In this document: one piece after another, positions 1 to 12,722 of the stretch
Position numbering within the stretch: position 1 is the stretch's first letter
Layout: every line of letters begins with the position of its first letter
From: a virus
Taxonomy: Duplodnaviria > Caudoviricetes
IMG/VR virus record: IMGVR_UViG_3300025732_000091
Coordinates: 1-40,796 of that record
Reading direction: 5' to 3' (one strand)
DNA length: 40,796 bases
Notes under the pieces: generated by a model
What the model saw: only the letters and a program-made list of their open reading frames with translations
Database searches by the model: none
What the model was told of the DNA's origin: nothing
Program-made: the position numbers and the translations under genes

Positions 1-3671
<3,671 letters not shown>

Positions 3672-3690
3672 TCAACTCGTTGGTTTTGTT

Positions 3691-3710
3691 TCCAGCCCCT
3701 CAAGGCTGGA
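3691..3710. other. Intergenic hairpin TCCAGCC-N6-GGCTGGA
   Basis: Perfect 7-bp inverted repeat between two fibre genes; no U-tract follows on the transcribed (minus) strand. Confidence 0.45.
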
Positions 3711-3712
3711 TA

Positions 3713-5050
3713 TTAGCCAGTAATTACTACTCGGTAGGAGTTACTGGAGGGGGCTGATGAGAAAGTGACTGTTACCGTGTTTGTCGTAGTCCGGAGCGTG
3801 TCGGCAATGACGGTGTCGTAGGTCGCGGCATCGTAGACCTGAACGGTGACATCACGGGTTCCAAAATTATGCGTAATTACATAACTGGTATTAGAACCAT
3901 CGCCAATAGTCTTAGAGGCAACGCGAGCAAGGACCGGAGTTCCTGTATCAAAACCTGCGGTTGTATCAGCAAGATTTGTACGGGCGTTGGCAGCCGTAGA
4001 AGCACCAGTACCACCATCGGCAACAGCGACATCGGTGCCGTTCCAAGTGCCGGTGGTAATCGTACCAAGGGTTGTAATGCTTGACTGTCCAACATATGTT
4101 GAAGCGATGTCAATACTGTCGGCATTGACTGTGATGCGGTCGGCTGTGCCAACAGCGTCAATGGTGTTTCCGCTCTTGGTGAGACCATTACCGGCAATGC
4201 TCTGACCAGCGGCTGAGAACTGGACGAAACTGAGGTTCGTCGTTCCAAGAACGATGGCTCCGTCAGTTGTGAGAACCCAGCCTGAGTCCGCCCACGCAGT
4301 TCCCTGCTCAACGAAGACGAAAGTGCCAGGAGTAAGTTCCGTGGCCGTATCGGCATCCGTAGCACGGGTTAGCACCCATGGGTTTCCAGCATCGCCAACC
4401 GCTGTAACGGTGTAAATACCATTGTAGGGGGCATTCGCCGATGTCTCGTTCTTGACGAGGATTCGGATTCCAACATCTGCTGGGTCGGACAGCGTGGCGC
4501 TATCAATCGTCAGACCACCATTAGCACTGGCAGTAAGAACGCCAGAACTGTGTGTAAAGGTGGGTAGGGCGGCATTTGTAGCCAACCGAACAGATTGCTT
4601 GACGTCAAGACCGGACCGAGCGGCGTCAACATACGCCTTGTTGGCGGCATCTAGGTCAGCAGATGGGGCAGTGACCTGAAGTCGACCGCTAGCATCACGC
4701 TTAGCAAGGGTGCTATTGGTATTTGACGAGGTTGCGGCATTAAGGTCACTATAGAAAGTTGACGAAAGAAGACCAGCGTTCGAGCCATCAGCCAAATTCG
4801 GCGTAATCGTGATTGCGCCACCAGATTCCCCAATCGTCAGGGCGGAAGCGTAAGTCCCCGACGACGCGACGCTCTTGACCAGCACCTTCCAAGCCGTGCC
4901 GTCATAAAACTTGATGCAATCAAGGTCGGTACGGTAGATAAGCCGACCCTCAAAGAGGTTCGATTCAGGGTCAGCGCCAACTGCCTCAAAACGACCGTTG
5001 AGGAGTTGATTATTATTTAGGTCAAGATTTGTTACAAACTTTGTTGCCAT
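3713..5050 (-). CDS. Tail/head fibre-type structural protein, 445 aa
   Basis: T/S/A/G-rich; DAANKAYVD..SGLDVKQSVRLAT fibre motif; VADGGTGASTAANARTNL motif; C-terminal ITHNFGTRDVTVQVYD domain; position after the baseplate genes. Confidence 0.75.
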   Translation of the reverse strand: MATKFVTNLDLNNNQLLNGRFEAVGADPESNLFEGRLIYRTDLDCIKFYDGTAWKVLVKSVASSGTYASALTIGESGGAITITPNLADGSNAGLLSSTFYSDLNAATSSNTNSTLAKRDASGRLQVTAPSADLDAANKAYVDAARSGLDVKQSVRLATNAALPTFTHSSGVLTASANGGLTIDSATLSDPADVGIRILVKNETSANAPYNGIYTVTAVGDAGNPWVLTRATDADTATELTPGTFVFVEQGTAWADSGWVLTTDGAIVLGTTNLSFVQFSAAGQSIAGNGLTKSGNTIDAVGTADRITVNADSIDIASTYVGQSSITTLGTITTGTWNGTDVAVADGGTGASTAANARTNLADTTAGFDTGTPVLARVASKTIGDGSNTSYVITHNFGTRDVTVQVYDAATYDTVIADTLRTTTNTVTVTFSSAPSSNSYRVVITG

Positions 5051-5063
5051 CTTTGCCTATTCC

Positions 5064-5555
5064 TTAGGTCAAATACGCATAGCCTGAAAAAGGTGCAGTG
5101 AACTCCACTACAACTTGAGACGTGCTTACATATGATACTTCACCGATAACTACGGTAGATGCAGAATCAACGACCATTACAGATGGGTAGCCACCAAGCG
5201 TATGATTAATTGTCCAAGTTGACGAGGGACTTCCTTGGGTATGGACATGACGGAGAGTCTGTCCGGGGATATAGAAAGGCGTGGGGGGCCAGCCTGACTC
5301 GGTCTTTGGACCCCAGAACTCGTTCGTGTCAAGGTCAATGTAATAATCGCCGACACGTCCAATGCCTGCTGTCGGAGCGCCACTACCCGAGATAAATCCG
5401 TAGCCTCGCTGACCCTGAGCGCCAACCATTGAGACAAAGACATCTGTCGTCGCCTCGTCAACGGTAACTAGGTTTCGAAGTTGGTCGGGGGCATTTTCAA
5501 TGTTTACTTGCGTTACTTCTTGGACGACTGAAACATTGATATTCGGCTCGGTCAC
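5064..5555 (-). CDS. Fibre-associated structural protein, 163 aa
   Basis: SGSGAPTAGIGRVGDYYID motif typical of phage fibres; C-terminal STWTINHTLGGYPSVMVVD domain resembling the C-terminus of the 445-aa neighbour. Confidence 0.65.
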   Translation of the reverse strand: MTEPNINVSVVQEVTQVNIENAPDQLRNLVTVDEATTDVFVSMVGAQGQRGYGFISGSGAPTAGIGRVGDYYIDLDTNEFWGPKTESGWPPTPFYIPGQTLRHVHTQGSPSSTWTINHTLGGYPSVMVVDSASTVVIGEVSYVSTSQVVVEFTAPFSGYAYLT

Positions 5556-5899
5556 CGCGTAACCTCCGGTTCAAGCCGGATTCTGCCCTTGAGGACGCGG
5601 AACACGCGTCCCTCGTCATCAATCACCTCAAGGTCATAAACGCCCTCGGTTTCAATACCCTCTGTATCTTCGGAAAGAATGAGGAGGGTAACTTCTCCAG
5701 AATCGCCACCAAGGCTAATTCGTCCATTTTCGGTAGTGAGTTCAATGACGACTGTTTCAGAGTCAATTTCAGACCTAATTTGCATTCGAGCGGTGTAGTC
5801 AGTCAAGTCATAGGCAGAGCCATCAGGGTTAGTAATAGTTACCAAGCGTTCAAAATGCGCACCTTGGTCTATGGTGAAATTATAGTTACCGGCGAGCAC
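5552..5899 (-). CDS. Baseplate/fibre adaptor beta-sandwich protein (BppU-N/LtfC-like), about 115 aa
   Basis: NFTIDQGAHF...YDLTDYTARMQIR...GVYDLEV...VLKGRIRLEPEVTR pattern; start moved to GTG 5899 because GGAGG lies at 5905-5909. Confidence 0.65.
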   Translation of the reverse strand: MLAGNYNFTIDQGAHFERLVTITNPDGSAYDLTDYTARMQIRSEIDSETVVIELTTENGRISLGGDSGEVTLLILSEDTEGIETEGVYDLEVIDDEGRVFRVLKGRIRLEPEVTR

Positions 5900-5965
5900 C
5901 GCTACCTCCAATGACATTTACCAGATTAAGTGTACTCTTCAGCGCGTTTACACAGGGCTTACAGA

Positions 5966-6004
5966 AGCAAACGGAGCGGTCAGGAGGAAACCGCTCCGTC
6001 TGCT
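5966..6004 (-). terminator. Strong hairpin, probable terminator or processing site
   Basis: Minus strand AGCAGACGGAGCGGT-N9-ACCGCTCCGTTTGCT (15-bp stem with one G:U) just after the 70-aa gene; U-tail is weak. Confidence 0.55.
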
Positions 6005-6022
6005 CTCCTTGTCGGGAGGAAC

Positions 6023-6235
6023 TCAGCGCTTTTTGGGCTTAACAGTCTTTGCGTCAAAAATGCTTGCGATTTCGGGGTCGCCAATCTTCGTTGAAAGCCA
6101 AGCAAAGACAGCAGAAAGAATTGGCAGGCTTAGGGAGATGACTTGCTCGTCCAGCCCAGCCTTCCAGCCGAGGTACACCAGAAGTCCAAGCAGGCTTCCT
6201 TTAAGAGTCTGGTCACTGACCTGCATGCCCTTCAT
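6023..6235 (-). CDS. Small membrane protein, holin-like
   Basis: Two hydrophobic segments (SLLGLLVYLGW; VISLSLPILSAVFAWL) and a basic C-terminus (KTVKPKKR). Confidence 0.5.
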   Translation of the reverse strand: MKGMQVSDQTLKGSLLGLLVYLGWKAGLDEQVISLSLPILSAVFAWLSTKIGDPEIASIFDAKTVKPKKR

Positions 6236-6489
6236 TGGTTATCCTCCGGTTCATCATCGTCAAAATCAGAAACGAACTCACCGAGTTCACGAGTCATCAT
6301 GATTTCCTTGGCGCAATCAAGCATTCCTGTGCCAAGCCACGTAGTCATGCCTTCTGATGTGCCCATGTGAAGGTCACGTGAGTCGTTGTCAACAATTTCA
6401 GCGATAATTATCCAATTGGTAATCATCTGCTGGGGAAAGGCTTCGGCTATCAGACCTTCAAGGTCGCGCTCGTCACCCGGTTTTGACAT
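6232..6489 (-). CDS. Hypothetical protein, 85 aa
   Basis: Compact ORF overlapping the next gene by 4 nt, with its own leaderless-type promoter. Confidence 0.75.
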   Translation of the reverse strand: MSKPGDERDLEGLIAEAFPQQMITNWIIIAEIVDNDSRDLHMGTSEGMTTWLGTGMLDCAKEIMMTRELGEFVSDFDDDEPEDNQ

Positions 6490-6508
6490 GCTTTAATTCT
6501 ACCACTAT
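6490..6508 (-). promoter_or_regulatory. Extended -10 promoter, leaderless geometry
   Basis: Minus strand ATAG-TG-G-TAGAAT-TAAAGC-ATG; no Shine-Dalgarno. Confidence 0.6.
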
Positions 6509-6517
6509 GTGGTTTAC

Positions 6518-7969
6518 TCAGAGACTTGCTACACATTCATGAGTAATTGTGAAACCAAGTGGGCGACAGGGCTGAACTGCGCGATAAATATTCTCGCTCT
6601 GAGCGCCAGTTACTCCACCAATTGTTTCCGAAGTTAGTGTCTGAATAGTAATAAGCCACGGATTACTGAATGGGTCGGTGACATAATTAATTGTTTTAGT
6701 GCCCGTAAGGCTAGGAGTAATAGCGTCAAGGATTGCTTGTTTTGAACCAGCATTCAATCCTGTTCGTGCGGTTGTAATAAGGTCACGGCGACCGGGGATG
6801 AAGTTGGCATCAGAAGTATCGTAAGCCTCAATCTCAATCCACTCTTCGTCGACATAAGTAATAGTTCCAGACGATTCTGATGCAGATGCCTCATCGTCGT
6901 CCCATGTCAATGTGTTTGTTCCTGTATTCACAGACACCAAAATGTATTGACCATTGAATGCGGTAGTCCCAGTAACCGTTATTGTTTGACCGGCGCTTAC
7001 CTCAGTTGGCGATGCCGATACAACTGCTGTTGTAGTTCCACTTGACCGACTAATACTGGTAATTGTGTAACTGACATCGGCAGTATCATCAACTTCAAGC
7101 ATGATGTCCTGCCAGTTAGTGGGCAAGTTTTTCCATGGAGTCGTGCCGCTTGGAGTCGTCTCAAGACGGACACCAACAAACTGAGCGAGCCACGGAAGAT
7201 AATCTGGTTCGGCTACTTCTGGATTTACAAGAGTACTTTTTGTTGTATCGTCATTTGCATCATAGCCATCTTCAATATCAACATACCGAAAATTTAGCGA
7301 CTGCTGAAATGCGTTGTCAGCGTAGGCAAGCCCAACATCCATAAGACGCGCTAGCGGGAACGAAGGCGCCGTTTGCTCAGCATCTATTTCTGGCAGAATC
7401 GGTGGCATGTAGACAAGACATTCACGAACGAAGTCATTATCTGTAAAGCCAAAGGTATTCGTCAATACTGGGTGCGCCATATGAAAGTGGTCCAGACCGC
7501 CGTAGGTCCGGATTTCAATGGTTGAAGTAAAATACAACGATGTCGTCTGAGAAATAACGCGGATTTCCGGACCCCTAACGAGTTGCCACTTCAAACCGGG
7601 CATTTTGAACCATGCTGATGTCTCGGAGTTACCGAGGTCATCTTCGATGGTGATGCGTACCTCAAGATTTGAGGGTGCGTAGAAGAACGCAAAAAATGTC
7701 AGCGCATCAGTTGCGTAAGTCTGGGTTATCTCTTTTGCTTCATGCGTCAAACTGATAGTCGCATATGTCGCCGGTGGAGTGGGCGCAGACAATGGAGCGA
7801 TTCTCAGGACGTTATAAGAATCCTTGAAGCGGAACAGTTTTTCCGCAGCAACACTCGCGCCAGTTGAAGACCATGAGCCATAGGTTTCAACAAACTGCCA
7901 CTCATCGTCGGCAAGGAACTGAGCATAATTTCCTGTCAGAAGGGTATTTGCCTCGGTGCTTGTGCTCAT
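6518..7969 (-). CDS. Baseplate wedge protein (P2 gpI / tail protein I-like) with extra domains, 483 aa
   Basis: NPEVAEPDYLPWLAQFVGVRL motif; ends QPCRPLGFTITH; directly follows baseplate J. Confidence 0.75.
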   Translation of the reverse strand: MSTSTEANTLLTGNYAQFLADDEWQFVETYGSWSSTGASVAAEKLFRFKDSYNVLRIAPLSAPTPPATYATISLTHEAKEITQTYATDALTFFAFFYAPSNLEVRITIEDDLGNSETSAWFKMPGLKWQLVRGPEIRVISQTTSLYFTSTIEIRTYGGLDHFHMAHPVLTNTFGFTDNDFVRECLVYMPPILPEIDAEQTAPSFPLARLMDVGLAYADNAFQQSLNFRYVDIEDGYDANDDTTKSTLVNPEVAEPDYLPWLAQFVGVRLETTPSGTTPWKNLPTNWQDIMLEVDDTADVSYTITSISRSSGTTTAVVSASPTEVSAGQTITVTGTTAFNGQYILVSVNTGTNTLTWDDDEASASESSGTITYVDEEWIEIEAYDTSDANFIPGRRDLITTARTGLNAGSKQAILDAITPSLTGTKTINYVTDPFSNPWLITIQTLTSETIGGVTGAQSENIYRAVQPCRPLGFTITHECVASL

Positions 7970-9501
7970 TAGACGCTCGTTACGGTGACTGAGGCGCTAG
8001 GAAGCGTTCCCTTGAAGTTGAAGTTCACGTCGCCATTGCCATCAACAGTTGCTACAACTGTATTTGATGAGGTAAGCGTGAGACCGTCTACATATTCAAC
8101 GCCCTCAATTTGTGAGACTTGTGAAATAAGGGCATTTTTTCGAATCATTGTCGTGAATGGATACTCTGATGCGCTTAGATAGTTTGTCAGATAGTCGTCA
8201 ACTGCTGTTCGAACATCAAGGTCTGCATAACCAGCACGAACGGCGATTTGAACATCAACTGTTACTGGGGCGTCGACAATGTCCGCAATATAAACAGTTA
8301 GTCCGGCAATTGTCCGGTCTCGAATGTCGTCAGCAATAGTTGCCTTATCTTCAGCCGAAAGACTTGCTCCTGTTGAACTTGAAAGAAATACTGTTACACA
8401 GCCCTGTGCATCGGGTTCGGTATAACTCAATTGCTCAAGGAACTCAACCTTTGGTGAGTATGTTGGGTATGTGATGGTAGATGTTTCGGTTGAACCGACA
8501 GTTCTGCTATAGGCAAGGTATGGAGCAGCGCTTGAGCGGTTAGTAATACCGCTTACTGACTTGCTACCCTCATACGCAGTTGGCTTGGAGGTGTCAAAGA
8601 CACGGATAGCCGCTACGGTACTTGCCGATGCGGAGAATGGCGTATTGTCACGAGCGACGAACACCTCTTCAGCGCCAGTTTCCGTGTAATTGAATGTCGT
8701 GAAATAATCGGTACCACCCGTAGTTGTCGGCACGCACGAGGCATTCAGGAGTGATGTGCCACCATCCCAAGCAAGGTTCGTAATGAGGAACTGCTGGAGT
8801 TTTGTGAGGTCATAAGTCGCCACTCGGTATGCGTCGGCATAGGTAGTCAACAAATAATCAGTAACTTGCGATGCCGTAGCAAGCGTCCTGCTGAGACTTC
8901 CGAGATATGTTGATGCTCGTCGGAAAAAATCCTCGTCAGTTTCGGATTCCGTTCCCTGCGTGAATGAGCCATCAAATGTCGCTGTAAAGAGAGTGGCAAT
9001 CGGTGTAAGAATATTCATTGATGCGCCGTCTGAGATGACTGGCTTAATTCCTGCCTCAATAGCCGCAACTTGAACGGGGTCAGAGGTTGACTCTCCTTCG
9101 GCAATTACAACTGTCTCTGTCGTTTCATAGACATGGACAACGATGCCCTCGTCGGTTGCTTCGCTAAAACTCACCTGAGTCCCCGAGGGGATTGTTAGAC
9201 CAGCGGTATCAATTGTTGTAAAGACTACACTTCCAGAAGCAAAGGTTGCTTCATCTCGGAAGAATCCCATAAGACGAAGCAGCCCCTCCATCAGTCCATT
9301 GGGAAGACGATTAACTGCACCATTTACAAGACCAGAAACGTATGACATTGCTTCGAGCATGGCATCTTCAACCGTGCCGACTCGTGGGTCAAATTCCGGC
9401 AGAGCCACAAGGGCGTAGTCACGAGCGAGCGTATAGACGTCGACCGGCTGTAGGTCATTGATAGTCAGGTCAATATATTCCGAGAAATCCGGAGACGTCA
9501 T
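7969..9501 (-). CDS. Baseplate J-like protein, 510 aa
   Basis: ASGSVVFT..TIPSGTQV, GTESETDEDFFRRA, and C-terminal LISQVSQIEGVEYV patterns; gene order. Confidence 0.88.
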   Translation of the reverse strand: MTSPDFSEYIDLTINDLQPVDVYTLARDYALVALPEFDPRVGTVEDAMLEAMSYVSGLVNGAVNRLPNGLMEGLLRLMGFFRDEATFASGSVVFTTIDTAGLTIPSGTQVSFSEATDEGIVVHVYETTETVVIAEGESTSDPVQVAAIEAGIKPVISDGASMNILTPIATLFTATFDGSFTQGTESETDEDFFRRASTYLGSLSRTLATASQVTDYLLTTYADAYRVATYDLTKLQQFLITNLAWDGGTSLLNASCVPTTTGGTDYFTTFNYTETGAEEVFVARDNTPFSASASTVAAIRVFDTSKPTAYEGSKSVSGITNRSSAAPYLAYSRTVGSTETSTITYPTYSPKVEFLEQLSYTEPDAQGCVTVFLSSSTGASLSAEDKATIADDIRDRTIAGLTVYIADIVDAPVTVDVQIAVRAGYADLDVRTAVDDYLTNYLSASEYPFTTMIRKNALISQVSQIEGVEYVDGLTLTSSNTVVATVDGNGDVNFNFKGTLPSASVTVTSV

Positions 9502-9502
9502 T

Positions 9503-9799
9503 TTAAGTCCTTTGGCTGAAGGCTATGTCTATTCTAGACTCTCCGTTGTCCTCAATGGTAATCTCAGCGTTTTCAACAATTATTTCTGGGATAAATCCAC
9601 CAACACTGAGAGCAAGGTCGCGAATCAGCGATTCAGAAAATGTGGGGTCGGTGACGCCGTACTGAGGGTTGAGCGGAAGGTCCGCTGGCTGAATTTGAAC
9701 AACAAGAGCCAACAGGTGCGAATAATACTCGTCTGTTCCGTCAATGAACTTCTCAACCCCGCCATTGGCAAAGCGAATCGGAAATTTGAAGGTGTCCAC
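9503..9799 (-). CDS. gp25-like baseplate wedge subunit, 98 aa
   Basis: FKFPIRF...LPLNPQYGVTDPTF motif; size and position before baseplate J. Confidence 0.75.
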   Translation of the reverse strand: MDTFKFPIRFANGGVEKFIDGTDEYYSHLLALVVQIQPADLPLNPQYGVTDPTFSESLIRDLALSVGGFIPEIIVENAEITIEDNGESRIDIAFSQRT

Positions 9800-9818
9800 G
9801 CCTCTATTTTGCCACTAT
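9800..9818 (-). promoter_or_regulatory. Extended -10 promoter, leaderless geometry
   Basis: Minus strand ATAG-TG-G-CAAAAT-AGAGGC-GTG; near copy of the element at 6490-6508. Confidence 0.55.
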
Positions 9819-9826
9819 TTGCCGAG

Positions 9827-10138
9827 TTACAGGACTCGTCCAAGAACGACAATTTCTGACCGTTCATTATTAAGAAAGGCGCAGATAACACGGTCGCCAA
9901 CATTCGGTACTGTATTAGTTACCGTCACCGAGGTCAGATATCCGCTAGATGAAGTCGTTGTAACCGATGCTCGGTTGGCAACAACGAGGCATGGTCCGAA
10001 CGCAAAGCCAGGACTGACGAGAGGTAGTTCTACGAATACCTGAGTGCCGGAAACCTGCCTGACGATACCTAGATATAGTCCACCTGGCTCAAGTGGCGTA
10101 CCAGCGGTTTTTGAGGGAACTGTGACGTTTTCGCTCAT
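9827..10138 (-). CDS. Baseplate spike/assembly protein, OB-fold only (gpV/gp5 N-terminal-like), 103 aa
   Basis: GLYLGIV...VFVELP...PNVGDRVICAFLNNERSEIVVLG; located between hub and gp25. Confidence 0.7.
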   Translation of the reverse strand: MSENVTVPSKTAGTPLEPGGLYLGIVRQVSGTQVFVELPLVSPGFAFGPCLVVANRASVTTTSSSGYLTSVTVTNTVPNVGDRVICAFLNNERSEIVVLGRVL

Positions 10139-11919
10139 CGCTTCCTAATCGTGTAGGGCGCTGAAAGTTTAATAGAAGAGAAACCGCCCCCAGAGATATA
10201 CGGCCACGACGCGTAAAGAGCATTATATTTGAACTGAGAAGCGGGGTCTCTATAAATACTATAATAGGTATTCATCTTTTTGGCTTTATTGGCAATGTCA
10301 GGAATATTATAGATTTGCAGCGCATTAGCGATAATGTCCTGATTAATCCTCGAATAACGAGGACCGTCAATGTCAGAGGGGGCATCCCGCCTCAATGCCT
10401 GTCCAATGGCAACGATTGCCTCAACTGGAAGGTTCACCTTAGGCAGAGAACTAGGTGGCGTTTCTTGTTTTGGAATGGGGATTGAGCCTGAACTCAATTG
10501 GTCGGCACTTGTTTTCGTTGTCGACTTAACGCCCGGTGTAGTTGACGAATAATCAGCGCCAGTCTTTGACGACTGAGAGGTTTTGGTCGGCACTGGAGTA
10601 GACGTCTGGGCGCCAAACCGTTTGATGAAATTCGCTTCTTCTCGGGCTGACTCTGAGGTTGTCAACCCACCAGACACTCCAAATCGCGTTGATGGTATGC
10701 CGAGAACATATGAGAATACGATATCTCTTGTCAATTTTGCATAGCCGGTAATGCGGGTATCCTTATTAATAGAAGCAATGACCTGCTCGGCTGTTCTTCG
10801 ATTAAGGAGTCCTAAAATTGCCTCGTAGACAACGCGCTTGATTTTCTCGCCTGGACCCCTAAACCGCTGACGACGCAAGACTTCTTCAGCATACTTCATT
10901 GCTGCTGTTGGGCTAAGAGCAACAGGAATTTTGATGTTCGGCACGCCCGGTGGCGGGTTCGTCGATGTGCTCGGCTGGGTATTTGCTCCCGGTGTCTGCT
11001 TTGTTCCGTTTGTTGAAATCTTTTCCTTCGTTGGGTCAACGGGGACACGGAACTGAACTTGTACGGGTTCTGCACTACCTTCTCGAAACGAGACATCCGT
11101 GATGATGTAAAACGCTTCAAAATCTGGAATACCGGCGAGATAGATGGTCTGACCGGGACGTAGTTTGATTCCGTTCGCTCTATCTACAAGGATTGACCCT
11201 TCGGCGGCTTTGATATCGTCGTCTGACCGCCGAACACGAGGCTGGTCCAGAAGGACATACTTATCCTTGGCGCTAGGAAATAGGTCGGTATTCGGTTCTG
11301 GATAGACAAACGGGATGAACTTAAAGTCTCCATAGGCAAAGTTAGGGTCACCCCATTTACCCAAAAGAAACTTCTCTGAACAAAAGAACAGCGTTCCCTC
11401 TGTTTCGAAGCAAATGAACTTCTGCTCTCCAGCAAGACTCTGAAGCACGGTCCATACAGAGTCATCAGAATCCTTGCCCTTACCCTTGACGATAGACTGC
11501 TTCTTAGTTGTCCGTTCACCGACGAAGTTAAGCGCAAATCTCTTTGCCATTGCCTGAGCAAAGTCATATCCGGTCATCCCACGATATGCCTCTGGCTTTT
11601 TATCTCGCTTCATTAACTGAACTGCTTTTGACCGACATTCAAGCGAATACAGGGGGTGAATAGACTCGCCGCGCGATGTTTCAACCGCAGCGATTTCAAA
11701 CCACATATCCCTATAGAAAATATCTCTACGAATCTGGAAGTAGTTTGCCTTAGCGAATGCAAAGTTTGGGTCAACAACGCTTACTGCTACTTGTGATGAA
11801 CCGCTGAGCGTCAGTGACACGCTCATTTCTGTAATGGATTGCGTTATGTCACGAGACGCAAGAGTTCCAAGGTCACCCAGTTTAAAGAGCGCCTCATTTA
11901 TATCGTCAAAATAAGCCAT
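10135..11919 (-). CDS. Baseplate hub (gp27/gpD-like) with long C-terminal extension, 594 aa
   Basis: DSVWTVLQSLAGEQKFICFETEGTLFF, LRPGQTIYLAGI..YIITDVSF; gene order after the tube initiator. Confidence 0.75.
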   Translation of the reverse strand: MAYFDDINEALFKLGDLGTLASRDITQSITEMSVSLTLSGSSQVAVSVVDPNFAFAKANYFQIRRDIFYRDMWFEIAAVETSRGESIHPLYSLECRSKAVQLMKRDKKPEAYRGMTGYDFAQAMAKRFALNFVGERTTKKQSIVKGKGKDSDDSVWTVLQSLAGEQKFICFETEGTLFFCSEKFLLGKWGDPNFAYGDFKFIPFVYPEPNTDLFPSAKDKYVLLDQPRVRRSDDDIKAAEGSILVDRANGIKLRPGQTIYLAGIPDFEAFYIITDVSFREGSAEPVQVQFRVPVDPTKEKISTNGTKQTPGANTQPSTSTNPPPGVPNIKIPVALSPTAAMKYAEEVLRRQRFRGPGEKIKRVVYEAILGLLNRRTAEQVIASINKDTRITGYAKLTRDIVFSYVLGIPSTRFGVSGGLTTSESAREEANFIKRFGAQTSTPVPTKTSQSSKTGADYSSTTPGVKSTTKTSADQLSSGSIPIPKQETPPSSLPKVNLPVEAIVAIGQALRRDAPSDIDGPRYSRINQDIIANALQIYNIPDIANKAKKMNTYYSIYRDPASQFKYNALYASWPYISGGGFSSIKLSAPYTIRKR

Positions 11920-11921
11920 GG

Positions 11922-12719
11922 CTATGTTCGCGTATCAGTAATGATAATTTGACGTACTTGCGAGATAGTCAAGTAGTCCTCTTCTTTATTCCCAGATGAT
12001 TTCTTAGGCGTAACGGGCAATGCCTCGCTATAAGTAATCACTGGTAGTTCAGCAATTTTGGCAACAGGATTCATGTTCTCAACAAGTGTAAGATTAGCCT
12101 CAGCAACTGTTACCTGATTATCCGCATTACGCCGTATTGAAGCAAAGTTCAGGTCAATGATTGACCACATGAGACGTGGACTGGAGGAGTCAGTCGCTGA
12201 CCCAAGTTGGTTGCTTACCTGCTTATCCATATTCGTGAAATAAACAGGGAGAGCGCTATTCGCCATTTTGAATAGGAACTCCATATCGTCATCAATTGCG
12301 GTGAATAGACCGTCCTGCGGTACAGCAAGCGTAATTTTTAGAGCAATCTGGCGAGCCTTAAATCGGTTGAAGGCAATAATTGGCGTCTTGCCGGGACGCT
12401 GAATTTCACTCAGTTCTGGTCCAATATTTGAGTACTGAAGTTGTTGGGGTGTAAACGGGAAATAAAATGACATTTGCTGTTGCGTAGCATCTGCCGTTTT
12501 GATGGTATGCATGCCCGCTTGGGCAGGAGCCTTAATAGGCGAGGTATTGGCTGAACGAGCGGCTAGTCGTGTTGCAGTGCCCGAGCGATTACGAGTCCTC
12601 GGTTTAACAACAATCTTACGCAGGTCACTAATAAGACCGCTTGGCTTAGTTGAACCACCGCTTTTCTTCTGCTTCTTTTTCTTTTCTGCGCGTTCCTTAG
12701 CGGGAGTCTTCTTTCCCAT
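11922..12719 (-). CDS. Tail tube initiator / distal tail protein, 265 aa
   Basis: FPFTPQQLQYS...EIQRPGKTPII...WSIIDLNF...ANLTLVE tube-like fold pattern; immediately after the tape measure. Confidence 0.6.
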   Translation of the reverse strand: MGKKTPAKERAEKKKKQKKSGGSTKPSGLISDLRKIVVKPRTRNRSGTATRLAARSANTSPIKAPAQAGMHTIKTADATQQQMSFYFPFTPQQLQYSNIGPELSEIQRPGKTPIIAFNRFKARQIALKITLAVPQDGLFTAIDDDMEFLFKMANSALPVYFTNMDKQVSNQLGSATDSSSPRLMWSIIDLNFASIRRNADNQVTVAEANLTLVENMNPVAKIAELPVITYSEALPVTPKKSSGNKEEDYLTISQVRQIIITDTRT

Positions 12720-12722
12720 GGC

